Below are positions 1-8,600 of a DNA stretch of 33,906 bases, one piece after another (the stretch's first letter is position 1; every line of letters starts with the position of its first letter). Source of the DNA: Eubacteriales bacterium (GTDB taxonomy: Bacteria > Bacillota > Clostridia > Oscillospirales > CAG-272); contig JAZSHN010000097.1 of NCBI GenBank assembly GCA_045533315.1, forward strand, positions 1 through 33,906. Reading direction: 5' to 3'. The translations under genes were made by a program, and so were the position numbers. The notes beneath the pieces are model-generated. The model saw only the letters and a program-made list of their open reading frames with translations. It was not told where the DNA came from and made no database searches.

Positions 1-86
1 TGTCGAACATATGCACGGAGCCAAAGCAGACACCTTTTGTTCGTTTCCCCCCCCATTTAGACACCTTTTCACTCGTTTAAGGCAAT

Positions 87-116
87 AAAAAAGCACCTCG
101 TATGAGGTGCTTTTTT
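87..116. terminator. Bidirectional rho-independent terminator hairpin
   Basis: AAAAAA-GCACCTC-gtat-GAGGTGC-TTTTTT. The 7-bp stem is perfect (93-99 / 104-110) with a 4-nt loop, an A-run upstream and a T-run downstream, so it reads as a terminator on either strand. It lies ~125 nt downstream of the minus-strand CHR gene pair. Confidence 0.75.
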
Positions 117-241
117 GTGAGTAATCTAAAATATTGATACCATTTTTAGGAGGGTGCAAATTTTAGAGTTTTGGGTGCATTTCGGTGATAAGGTTTGCAC
201 CTATTTTAATTTGATTAATTGGAATTTGTTTATCAAGACTT

Positions 242-814
242 TTATAATGAATACATCAGCATTCCGAGCCCCGCCGATATGACTATCATCAGTATCGGAG
301 ACGGCTTTTTCTTCAGCATAAGCCTTGCTACGATGCTGATTGCTATCAATAAGGCAAATATAATAATGCCATTGAGGTCGATAGCAAGCGTATCTCCTAT
401 ACCACTAAAGCCGATTGCCGTACTCATGAGCATCGTGATTGCCGTTGCGAGTATCAAGCCAATGATGCACGGACGGATGCCTCCTAGGAACGCCTTTACC
501 CCCGCATATTTCAATAAGTTGCGTATCAGAGCTGCGATTATGAGAATGATAAAAAATGATGGCAATACCACACCAAGTGTAGCAAGAAGTGCTCCGAAAA
601 AACCGCCTTGCGACGAGCCAACGAAGGTTGCCATATTAACCGCGATCGGTCCTGGGGTAGATTCAGCTACGGCAATCATATTGAGCATTTCTTCCTCGGT
701 AAGCCAACCGTACATCAAGACCTTTTCTCTGATTAACGAAATCATTCCGTATCCGCCGCCAAAGGAGAATGCACCGATCTGAAGGAAGGTTAAGAACAAT
801 TCAAGATAGATCAT
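242..814 (-). CDS. CHR (chromate ion transporter) family half-size membrane protein, downstream member of a pair
   Basis: 190-aa ORF. N-terminal 'FLQIGAFSFGGGYGMISLI...AVAESTPGPIAVNMATFVG' matches the chromate-transporter family signature, and the rest is hydrophobic multi-pass. It overlaps the upstream paralog by 14 nt, suggesting translational coupling. Stop is TAA. Confidence 0.85.
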   Translation of the reverse strand: MIYLELFLTFLQIGAFSFGGGYGMISLIREKVLMYGWLTEEEMLNMIAVAESTPGPIAVNMATFVGSSQGGFFGALLATLGVVLPSFFIILIIAALIRNLLKYAGVKAFLGGIRPCIIGLILATAITMLMSTAIGFSGIGDTLAIDLNGIIIFALLIAISIVARLMLKKKPSPILMIVISAGLGMLMYSL

Positions 815-1400
815 GCTTTTTCTCCTTCCTGAATTTGCCGATAAGATATACCACTACACCGCATATCCCACTGATCAGTATGTAAAATATCGTTGAAAAC
901 TTCACCGCGAACAACGAAAACACGACCATACAAACAAGTGTTACCAAAATAATGATCATATTAAAAACGTTTTTCTTCATCTGCTTCAGCATCTTCAGCC
1001 CTGCTGTGAGAATCAAATACACCACGCATATCTGAATACCCTTGAAAGCGTATGCAACCAATGTCAACGAAAGAAAGGCATCAAAGAACAGCGATATAGC
1101 ATAGATAATAACAAAAGACGGAATACAAATACCAAGCGTAGCAATAATTGAGCCGATAATCCCGGCATTTTTGTATCCCATGTAAGTTGCGGCATTGATA
1201 GCGATAGGCCCGGGCGTGGATTCGGCAATCGCCGCAACATCCAAAAATTCATCTTTTTCAAGCCATTTCTTTTTTTCTACGAACTCATTTTCAAGCAGAG
1301 CGATCATGGCATATCCACCACCAAAGGTGAATAACCCTATTTTCAGCATTGTCAAAAAAAGCCAGAGATAGCCTTTTATTTTCCCCACAAGAGCCTCCAT
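801..1400 (-). CDS. CHR (chromate ion transporter) family half-size membrane protein, upstream member of a pair
   Basis: 199-aa ORF with an ATG start. 'MLKIGLFTFGGGYAMIALL...AIAESTPGPIAINAATYMG' is the same family signature as the neighbour. Paired short-chain CHR genes are a known Firmicutes arrangement. Confidence 0.85.
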   Translation of the reverse strand: MEALVGKIKGYLWLFLTMLKIGLFTFGGGYAMIALLENEFVEKKKWLEKDEFLDVAAIAESTPGPIAINAATYMGYKNAGIIGSIIATLGICIPSFVIIYAISLFFDAFLSLTLVAYAFKGIQICVVYLILTAGLKMLKQMKKNVFNMIIILVTLVCMVVFSLFAVKFSTIFYILISGICGVVVYLIGKFRKEKKHDLS

Positions 1401-1437
1401 TTATCTCACTTACAAATTCTTATTTAACGGTGAGGTT

Positions 1438-1466
1438 ATTATATCATATTTCTATGAGCTTTTCAA
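1438..1466 (-). promoter_or_regulatory. Sigma-A type promoter for the CHR pair
   Basis: Minus strand reads TTGAAA-agctcatagaaatatga-TATAAT. The spacer is 17 nt and the -10 is extended (TGaTATAAT). The -10 box lies ~38 nt upstream of the ATG at 1400. The spacer contains the palindrome TCATA-gaaa-TATGA (1444-1457). Confidence 0.7.
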
Positions 1467-1505
1467 CCGATTTGGCTTTTCTTTGTTTCCTCCGACGCAA
1501 ATTTT

Positions 1506-1534
1506 GAGAGCTGACAGTTTTGCTGTCAGCTCTC
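1506..1534 (-). terminator. Hairpin downstream of ktrA, a probable terminator or REP-like palindrome
   Basis: GAGAGCTGACAG-tttt(g)-CTGTCAGCTCTC forms a 12-bp stem ~40 nt after the ktrA stop. On the minus strand it is followed by AAAATTT rather than a clean U-run, so the terminator call is tentative. Confidence 0.45.
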
Positions 1535-1571
1535 GCTCTTATTTCTCGCGGTAAATCGGATTTTGACGGTC

Positions 1572-2222
1572 TTATTTCAATTTTCCCAATTTTGCGGTGT
1601 TTGCTATAACAATCAGCGTAGTTTCCGCGTCAAGCACCTGCTCGGGATTTATATTCACGTTGACCTTGTCGCCTTTCTTGATAGCGACGATATTAAAGCC
1701 GTATTTTTTGCGGAGATTCAGTTCAATCAGGTTTTTACCGCACCACTCGTCCTTAACGTCGATTTCAACCATAGACACATCCTTTGACAGGGAAATCATA
1801 TCGATAAAGCCCGAGCTTAAGAGGTTTTTGGCAAGGCGAATGCCCGATTCGTTTTCGGGGAAAACCACATTATCCGCACCCACGCGAAGCAGTATTTTTT
1901 GATGCATTTCGTTGGCGCACTTTGCGATTACTGTCTTAACTCCCGCCTCCTTGCAAAGCGTGACCGCCATAACGCTCGCTTCAAGATTGCTCGCCATACA
2001 AACAATGACCGTGTCAATATTTCCGATACCAAGACGTGAGATAACCTCCGCATCGGTCACATCGGCGCATTTGCAAACGGGTAGATATGCCGCCGCATCG
2101 TTAACTATTCTTTGCTCGGCATCCACGGCAATAACCTCCATACCGCACTCTACCAGCTCTCTCGCCACGGCTATACCGTACCTTCCAAGTCCAAAAACCG
2201 CATAAGTTTTTTTTGATTTCAT
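1572..2222 (-). CDS. ktrA: K+ uptake system peripheral NAD-binding (RCK) subunit, KtrA/TrkA family
   Basis: 216 aa. It has the N-terminal Rossmann motif 'YAVFGLGRYGIAVARELVECGMEVIAVD' (TrkA_N) followed by a TrkA_C-like C-terminal half. It sits 11 nt downstream of the TrkH/KtrB-type membrane subunit. Confidence 0.9.
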   Translation of the reverse strand: MKSKKTYAVFGLGRYGIAVARELVECGMEVIAVDAEQRIVNDAAAYLPVCKCADVTDAEVISRLGIGNIDTVIVCMASNLEASVMAVTLCKEAGVKTVIAKCANEMHQKILLRVGADNVVFPENESGIRLAKNLLSSGFIDMISLSKDVSMVEIDVKDEWCGKNLIELNLRKKYGFNIVAIKKGDKVNVNINPEQVLDAETTLIVIANTAKLGKLK

Positions 2223-2233
2223 TATTTTTCTCC

Positions 2234-3616
2234 TTATCCTATACTGATATCTTCCGTCGGCTCGGAAATTACGTTCTGACTCTCGTTATTACTGCCAAGC
2301 GCAACCGCAAGCGAGATGGGACCGACTCTGCCGAAATACATTGTTACAATGATAATTAACCTTCCAAACGTGTTAAGCGTTACCGTTAAATTTCTCGAAA
2401 GTCCGACAGTCGCCGTTGCGCTGACCGTTTCATAAACCGCGTCGATAACAGATGCGTTGCTTGTAGCCATCAAGAGCAAGGTGGACGTGGCGCAGATTGC
2501 AATAAACATTACAACGACCGCAACCGCCTTTTTTATCGATTCCTCGGAAATACGGCGACCGAATAGCGTTGCACCGTTCTTATTCCTTATCGTAGCGAAT
2601 GCAGAGCAAACAAGGACGGCAAGCGTAACCGTTTTCACACCTCCTGCCGTTCCTACGGGGGAGCCGCCGATCAACATCAAAATAACGGTTACGGCAGCAG
2701 AGGCATTTGTCAGATTTTCTTGCGGAACGGTTGCAAAGCCTGCGGTTCTTGCGGTGACAGATTGAAAGAGCGACACTTGAATTTTATCAAACAGGGACAT
2801 CTCTCCAATGGTCAACGGGTTGGAATATTCAAAAATAAATATGAGAATTGCACCAAAAATAATAAGCCCCGAGGTAACGGTAATTGCAATCTTTGAGTGC
2901 AAGGTCAAGTGCTTGAATATCCTGCGGTTCTTTTTTGAACGGCTCCGAGCGACACGAAGCACATCCCACCACACGATATAACCGATGCCGCCGAGGATAA
3001 TGAGTGCCGCAGTTACAATGTTTATTAATGGATTTGTAGCGTAGCCGCAAAGACTGTCCTCCGCAATAATATCAATGCCCGCATTGCAAAAGGCGGAAAC
3101 CGAATTAAAAACCGATATCCATATTCCCCTCGCACCAAACTCGGGAACAAAGACGAGCATATAGAGAGCAGCTCCGATTCCCTCGATAATCAATGTGCCG
3201 AACAGTACGTTTTTAACGAATTTTGCAAGCCCCGACATCGTATTCAGATTAAACGCATCCTGAATGAGCAATCGGTCACCGATACCCATTTTCCTGTTCA
3301 AAAGAAGCATCAGCCCCGACATAATGGTGATGATACCAAGACCGCCGATTTGTATAAGAAGCAGTATGACAATCTGCCCGAACACGCTCCACGCGGAAAC
3401 CGTGGGAAGCGTAACGAGCCCCGTCACGCAGGTGGAGGTGGTTGCCATAAAAAGAGCATCAAGATACGACACGGCTTCGCCGTCGGCGGAGCTTACAGGC
3501 AACGCCAAAAGCCCACTCCCCACAAGAATGGTCGCGAGGAAGCTTATTAATATAATCTGCGTGGTTGAGAGGTTAAATTTCTTTTTTCTAACCATAATCT
3601 TTCCTCTAAAAAGCAT
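2234..3616 (-). CDS. ktrB: K+ uptake system membrane subunit, TrkH/KtrB family
   Basis: 460-aa multi-pass membrane ORF with repeated pore-loop-like segments ('TSTCVTGL', 'NAGIDI', 'TARTAGFAT', 'VGLSRN') typical of TrkH/KtrB. An alternative and possibly better start is the ATG at 3595 (MVRKKK...), with GAGGA 6 nt upstream. The ATG at 3616 has GGAGG 11 nt upstream. Confidence 0.9.
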   Translation of the reverse strand: MLFRGKIMVRKKKFNLSTTQIILISFLATILVGSGLLALPVSSADGEAVSYLDALFMATTSTCVTGLVTLPTVSAWSVFGQIVILLLIQIGGLGIITIMSGLMLLLNRKMGIGDRLLIQDAFNLNTMSGLAKFVKNVLFGTLIIEGIGAALYMLVFVPEFGARGIWISVFNSVSAFCNAGIDIIAEDSLCGYATNPLINIVTAALIILGGIGYIVWWDVLRVARSRSKKNRRIFKHLTLHSKIAITVTSGLIIFGAILIFIFEYSNPLTIGEMSLFDKIQVSLFQSVTARTAGFATVPQENLTNASAAVTVILMLIGGSPVGTAGGVKTVTLAVLVCSAFATIRNKNGATLFGRRISEESIKKAVAVVVMFIAICATSTLLLMATSNASVIDAVYETVSATATVGLSRNLTVTLNTFGRLIIIVTMYFGRVGPISLAVALGSNNESQNVISEPTEDISIG

Positions 3617-3675
3617 AAAGGGACCAACCTCCTCTGCAGTCAGCTGGTTCCTTTTTCAAATTATTCTTTTCTGTA

Positions 3676-3704
3676 ATTATATCACCACTTTCCCTTTTTG
3701 TCAA
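3676..3704 (-). promoter_or_regulatory. Sigma-A type promoter for ktrB-ktrA
   Basis: Minus strand reads TTGACA-aaaagggaaagtggtga-TATAAT. Both hexamers are consensus, the spacer is 17 nt and the -10 is extended with TGn. It lies ~60-80 nt upstream of the ktrB start. Confidence 0.8.
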
Positions 3705-3752
3705 TATATTTTTGTTCGGCATATTATCAGGTCCTCCGCGACCAAAAATTTT

Positions 3753-3784
3753 GGGGCTGACAGAAATCAATCTGTCAGCCCCCC
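3753..3784 (-). terminator. Hairpin immediately after the 207-aa membrane-protein gene, a probable terminator
   Basis: GGGGCTGACAG-aaatcaat-CTGTCAGCCCC forms an 11-bp stem 8 nt after the TAA at 3792-3794. On the minus strand it is followed by AAAATTTTT. It shares the GCTGACAG/CTGTCAGC arms with the hairpin at 1506-1534. Confidence 0.5.
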
Positions 3785-3791
3785 TTGTGCT

Positions 3792-4415
3792 TTATCTCTG
3801 TGGCAAATCGGATTTGATTTGTGCAGGCGTTCGTTCTCTGCTCTTGAAACGCATTTTTCCGCTTCTTACAAGGTTTAATCCAAGCAAAAAGGCAATCACG
3901 CAGACCGCCGAGCCGAGCGCGGCATTCATAATCACGATTTCCGCCTCGTTCATTCCGTCAAAGGATACGAGCATTGAGCGTTGCAATGCAAATATCGAAG
4001 CAAACGCATCGGCAAAGGATATATTTCGGAGTGTAATCAGCGTTGCGGACGAGCTGCGACGGGATTTTACAAGATTAACCGTGGCAAGCGTGATTTTTGT
4101 AAACGCATAAAGCGCCATTGCAATCATCACAATCATATGCAGCTTAAGCCCTCTGTCGCGAACCACGGACAGAATGACAGTTCCCACAAGCGGTACAGTC
4201 AGCACCATCAGCATAACGCCCGCAAGCCTCGTTGCCAACCGTTCCTTTTTCTCCGAACGGAGAACGAAGAAGCGAACAAGGCTTAACACCATATAATACG
4301 AGCCAAGCGTTAAGAGCCACCATGATTTTGACACGATACCGAATACGAAATGATATACCGCAAACGCAGTGTTCAACAGCAGGCTTGCCAGAGCAAATTT
4401 CAAAGCCTTATCCAT
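3792..4415 (-). CDS. Multi-pass membrane protein of unknown function
   Basis: 207 aa with about 5-6 hydrophobic helices. ATG start with GGAGGA upstream, overlapping the TetR stop by 8 nt, which suggests it is co-transcribed and coupled. I recognise no family. Confidence 0.75.
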   Translation of the reverse strand: MDKALKFALASLLLNTAFAVYHFVFGIVSKSWWLLTLGSYYMVLSLVRFFVLRSEKKERLATRLAGVMLMVLTVPLVGTVILSVVRDRGLKLHMIVMIAMALYAFTKITLATVNLVKSRRSSSATLITLRNISFADAFASIFALQRSMLVSFDGMNEAEIVIMNAALGSAVCVIAFLLGLNLVRSGKMRFKSRERTPAQIKSDLPQR

Positions 4416-5004
4416 TCATCCTCCTATCGCCAAGCACGCAGTCCGTAATGATTTTGATAATTGTATTCATATCCTCCGAGCAATCTCGTTGAAGCCACTC
4501 CATAACAACGGCAAATACCCCCGTCAGGTAGAATTTGATTACGTAATCTCGCTCTCCTCTCGGAACGTTGAATTTTGCAAGAACCGGGTCAAAAATATGC
4601 TCGAACATATTTCCGTAAACCTCGTCCATATTCATAGCGTGAAAGTGCTTTATGGATATTTTGAAAATACGCCTGTTCTCCTTAATAAACGTCAGATACG
4701 GGGTAAGATATTCCGCGGTAACGAATACCAGATCCCTTTGCTCGCAGCTTTCAAATCGGTTCGTTATGTTTTTTGTATCGGCAGAGTAATAAGCAAAGTG
4801 CTTATCGAGGATATACCGAGTAGTTTCCTTTAATAGGTCGCAGGTATTCTCGTAGTGAAGATAAAACGTAGAACGGTTCACGCCCGCGGTATCGCAGATT
4901 TCTTTTACCGTAATATACTCAAAGTCCTTTTTTTCAAGCAAGGTGATGAGGGCCTCGTCCATTTTGATTGCCGTATTAAAGTACTTGCTTTCGTTTTTAT
5001 TCAT
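4408..5004 (-). CDS. TetR/AcrR family transcriptional regulator
   Basis: 198 aa. The N-terminal HTH 'FEYITVKEICDTAGVNRSTFYLHYEN' is the TetR_N signature and the C-terminal half is helical. GGAGGG RBS lies 6 nt before the ATG. Confidence 0.9.
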   Translation of the reverse strand: MNKNESKYFNTAIKMDEALITLLEKKDFEYITVKEICDTAGVNRSTFYLHYENTCDLLKETTRYILDKHFAYYSADTKNITNRFESCEQRDLVFVTAEYLTPYLTFIKENRRIFKISIKHFHAMNMDEVYGNMFEHIFDPVLAKFNVPRGERDYVIKFYLTGVFAVVMEWLQRDCSEDMNTIIKIITDCVLGDRRMNG

Positions 5005-5024
5005 AAGACGCCCTCCGTGATTAT

Positions 5025-5378
5025 TTATTTTCCTTCGCTAATCTCTTTTGCAAGCTGCACAATCTCGTAAGCATACCTTTTCTTGCCGTTTTCAAGCATT
5101 TTCTTGTATATAGGATAGTTCACACCGCATCCTATCATACCTATGATGCCGACGACAATTCCGAGTACCATACCGACAGTACCGCTGCCGATAACCTGCA
5201 TACCGAGGCACATTCCCGTACCGAATACAAGCGAGAATACGATACCCCAGGTATACGTGAATACGGTTGCGGGCAGCTTTGCCTTTCTGTCAAGCTTGCG
5301 AAGGGCAACGATTTTAGAGCTGTCCTTGGGTGCGTACTCCTTTGCAATTGATTCTGCGTAGATTTTGTCTGTGTTCAT
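5025..5378 (-). CDS. Small two-TM membrane protein, first gene of the TetR operon
   Basis: 117 aa. A polar N-terminus is followed by two Gly-rich hydrophobic helices (TWGIVFSLVFGTGMCLGM / MVLGIVVGIIGMIGCGV). AGGAGA RBS precedes the ATG. Confidence 0.75.
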   Translation of the reverse strand: MNTDKIYAESIAKEYAPKDSSKIVALRKLDRKAKLPATVFTYTWGIVFSLVFGTGMCLGMQVIGSGTVGMVLGIVVGIIGMIGCGVNYPIYKKMLENGKKRYAYEIVQLAKEISEGK

Positions 5379-5413
5379 TTTGTTTCTCCTTTTTGGTTGG
5401 TTTTTGTGACTTA

Positions 5414-5422
5414 ATTATACCA
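5414..5422 (-). promoter_or_regulatory. Possible proximal extended -10 promoter element
   Basis: Minus strand reads TGgTATAAT (TGnTATAAT) ~35 nt upstream of the ATG at 5378. The corresponding -35 is poor (TTCCGA). Confidence 0.35.
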
Positions 5423-5475
5423 ATCAACGAGGGAAATCGGAACAACAAGATTTGCAAAATGTGTTGATTTATGAA

Positions 5476-5493
5476 AAATTTGCCGTCAAATTT
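5476..5493. promoter_or_regulatory. Candidate operator palindrome, possibly the TetR site
   Basis: AAATTTG-ccgt-CAAATTT has perfect 7-bp inverted arms with a 4-bp spacer. It lies ~20-35 nt downstream of the distal -10 box (5512-5517), in the leader of the operon that encodes the TetR regulator. Confidence 0.35.
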
Positions 5494-5511
5494 GGAATTA
5501 TCGGTAAGCCC

Positions 5512-5540
5512 ATTATATCACATTTCTATGAGCATTTCAA
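5512..5540 (-). promoter_or_regulatory. Sigma-A type promoter for the small-membrane-protein / TetR / membrane-protein operon
   Basis: Minus strand reads TTGAAA-tgctcatagaaatgtga-TATAAT, with a 17-nt spacer and TGn extended -10. It is 33/35 identical to the CHR promoter at 1438-1472. Confidence 0.65.
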
Positions 5541-5570
5541 CCGATTGCCCGTTTCGGTACGGTGCGAATA

Positions 5571-5603
5571 CAAAAGAGCCCGCGAGGACAAAGCCCCGCG
5601 GGC
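5571..5603 (-). terminator. Rho-independent terminator closing the surface-protein cluster
   Basis: Minus strand reads GCCCGCGGGG-ctttgt-CCTCGCGGGC followed by TCTTTTG. The stem pairs 9 of 10 bp and starts ~50 nt after the TAA of the 1031-aa ORF. Confidence 0.8.
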
Positions 5604-5652
5604 ACTCGGTTAATTTATTGCTTTGGCTTTAAAGCCGAATAGCGTCGGGTTA

Positions 5653-8600
5653 TTAAACAACCTCGGTAAGCGTCTGGTTTGAATACTGCCAAACGATAGC
5701 GCCGTCAACCTCAGCCTGCTTTATCGTATAGGTCTTTCCGCCCGCTTTGATGATGAACTGGGGCAGCTGACCGTCCTTGATATAGGTTCTTATAATCTCC
5801 GCATCCGACGCTGCACCGCCGTCAACCGAAACGGTTGCCGTTGCGCCGATGATATTGCCGCTTGCATCCTTTTCAAGGTTAAGGGTAATGACGTAGGTCT
5901 TGCCGCTATATACGCAGGTCCAGCTTCCCTCAAGAGAGGGCTCGACGGGTGCTATGAAGTTAGCGTACATATTTTTGTTTGCCGTTACCGTAGCGGTAAA
6001 GTCGAAATAGGTAGAGCCGTTACCGGATGAAAACCAATCGCCGGAGTAGTAAGAGCCTTCAACGGTCATAAGCTCCGCAGCAAGAGCCGCAAGCGCATCC
6101 GCGGATACGGTATCAGACTCTACGCCCGTCAGCTCCTTCGAGATAACCTGTGCAAAGGTCTTTCCGTATTCTACGGGAACCTCTTTATAAATCGATCCGT
6201 CCTGCTTGTAAATTTTAAGGAGCTTATCAACGCCCTTCCATTTTGCGTCGAGGATAATATCGGCGGTTACGGGAGAGGAGAAATCGTACTCGTTATCGCC
6301 GAGATACCAGCCGAGGAAGTCGTAATTGCTACGGGTGGGAGTGCCAAGCGCGGAGAGTGCCTGACCGTCCGCAACGGAATATGTGCTTGCAGCTCCAGTA
6401 AGCTTACCGCCGTTAAGATTAACGGTTACGGTATGCGTGGTGACCTCCCTCCATTTTGCAACGAGGGTGATATCGGCGGTTACGGGAGAGGAAAAATCGT
6501 ATTTGTTATCGCCAAGATACCAGCCTTCAAATGCGAAGCCAACCTTTTCGGGAGCCTCGGGAGCATCAACCGCTTCACCGTTACCTACGGAGACGGTCGT
6601 GGTCGCATCGCCGTTATCGGGGTCAAAGGTTACGGTAAGGTTGCCCGCCTTTTGGATAACGAGAGCGCTCGAGGAGGTACCCGTTGCCATAGAGCCTGTT
6701 TCGGTGTTGTATGTAAACGCAAGAGATTTGGTTTCGGAAGTAGAGGTATAATTAACGACAAGCTTAAGAGCATTGCTCAAGGTCTGATATCTGAACCAAT
6801 TTACCGTAAGCGCCTCGCTTCCGAGGGTAACGGTAACGGTATTTTGAGCCGCATCGATTTCTATCGTCCAATCGCCCTTGCTGTCGGTTCCCGTCCAAGT
6901 GCCCTCTATATCATTCATCGAATAAACGATACCGGGATAGCACTTCTTGTCACTTTCTACCGCCTTATTAACTACGTCGTTAACGATGTTGGAGGTTGCA
7001 GAGCTATACCAGAGGCCGTTAAAGATTGCTCCCTCGGTGATTACCATACCTGTTGCGGGAACATCCTCCGCGGGTACGGTTTCACCGTGGTTAACGAGAA
7101 CCTCCTTAAGAACGGTGCCGTCCTCCTTATAGAAGGTTACGGTGTAGGTTTTAACCTTCCACTTTGCAACGAGGGTGATGTCGCCCGTAATGGGAGCTTC
7201 AAGATCGAAGAGAACGCCGTCAAGATACCAGCCCTCAATCTCGTGACCCGACCAGCTCTTTGAAGGTTCTTTTGCGGCATCGCCGTGCTTTACGGTTACA
7301 AGCTTCGGATCGGTCGGCTCCTTGTAGTCGCCCCAATCAAAGGTAACGGTGTAATTTCTGTAAAGAACAAGCTCGGTGCTCATTGCTCCCTCGGAGGTGG
7401 TAAGAATGCCCTTGTCCGCGGATACGGTGAATACCATATCCTTTCCTTCGGTAGCGCCCGCGGTATAGTTAACGGTAAGCACGCCGTCCTCGTACAAAAC
7501 GTAGTTTACGGTCATTGTAACGTCGGTGTAGCCCGAGTTGTAGGTTGCGGTAATAACGCCGTTGGCGGCAATAACGAACTCATACTCGGTGGTGGTGTAC
7601 ATAACCTGCTCCTCGCCCGTCCAGATGCCCGCAAGCTCGGTAAGGTCGGGAAGGTCAAGCTCCCACTCTGCAACAAGAGTGATAGCCTCGGTTACGGGAG
7701 TGTCAAAGTCGTATGCAGCACCGTCAAGATACCAGCCGACGAATTTAAATCCCGTCTTTTCGGGTGCGAGAAGGGGTGCGCTTGCGGTGAAGCCCGCGCC
7801 AACCGTTTGTGCGGTGCTTTCTGTTCCGTTGTCGGCATCAAAGGTTACGGTAATAGCCTCAACCCACTTTGCAGTGATGGTGATAGTGCCTGTAACGGGG
7901 GCATCGAAATCGTATTCGGCATCGCCAACGAACCAACCGACAAATACGAAGCCCTCGTTTACGGGCTCCTCGTTGGGAGCAACAACAACAGAGCCGTGGG
8001 AAACGGCTTCGGTTTCGTTCTCCGTACCGTTCTGTGCATCAAAGATTACGTTGTAGACGTTGAGAGTCCAGCTCGCCTTAAGAGTGATAGCACCGGTAAC
8101 GGGCGTCTCAAAGTTATAGGCGGCATCGCCAAGAAGCCAGCCCGCGAAGGTATAGCCCTCCTTTTCGGGAGCAGCGGGTGCAACGGCGAGAGAGCCGTGG
8201 GAAACGGTCTGCTCGGTGCTTTCGGTACCGTTGTCAGCATCAAAGGTCACAACGTACTCGTTAAGAGTCCACTTTGCCTTGAGCGTGATGTCGGAGGTAA
8301 CGAGAGTCTCAAAATTGTAAGCTGTATCACCGAGGAACCAGCCCGCAAAGGTGTAGCCCTCCTTTTCGGGAGCAGCGGGCGCGGAAACCGCAAAGCCGTG
8401 GGTAATACCCTGCTCCGTCGGGGTCGTGCCGTTGTCAGCATCAAAGGTTACGGTGTAGTCGTTGAGAGTCCACTTTGCCTTAAGGGTAACGTCCGCGGTA
8501 ACCGCGGTCTCAAAGTCGTAGGCGGTTTCACCAAGGAACCAGCCCGCGAAGGTGTAGCCCTCCTTTTCGGGAGCAGTGGGCTTCGTTGCCTTTTCTCCCG

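Noticed and set aside
47-54. C8 homopolymer, and a ~19-nt imperfect direct repeat (AGACACCTTTT..TCGTTT twice, around 28-77), at the left contig edge
   Set aside because: It is too close to the window edge to interpret, and no gene context is visible. It could be a slippage tract or simply low-quality contig-end sequence.
219-782. 187-aa plus-strand ORF antisense to the CHR gene
   Set aside because: The minus-strand ORF carries the chromate-transporter family signature and is translationally coupled to its paralog. The plus-strand ORF has no signature.
3617-3752. Possible c-di-AMP (ydaO-type) or other riboswitch in front of ktrB, as seen for some Firmicutes K+ transporters
   Set aside because: The consensus promoter at 3676-3704 leaves a leader of only ~55-75 nt. 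That is too short for a ydaO-class element, and I see no extended conserved structure.
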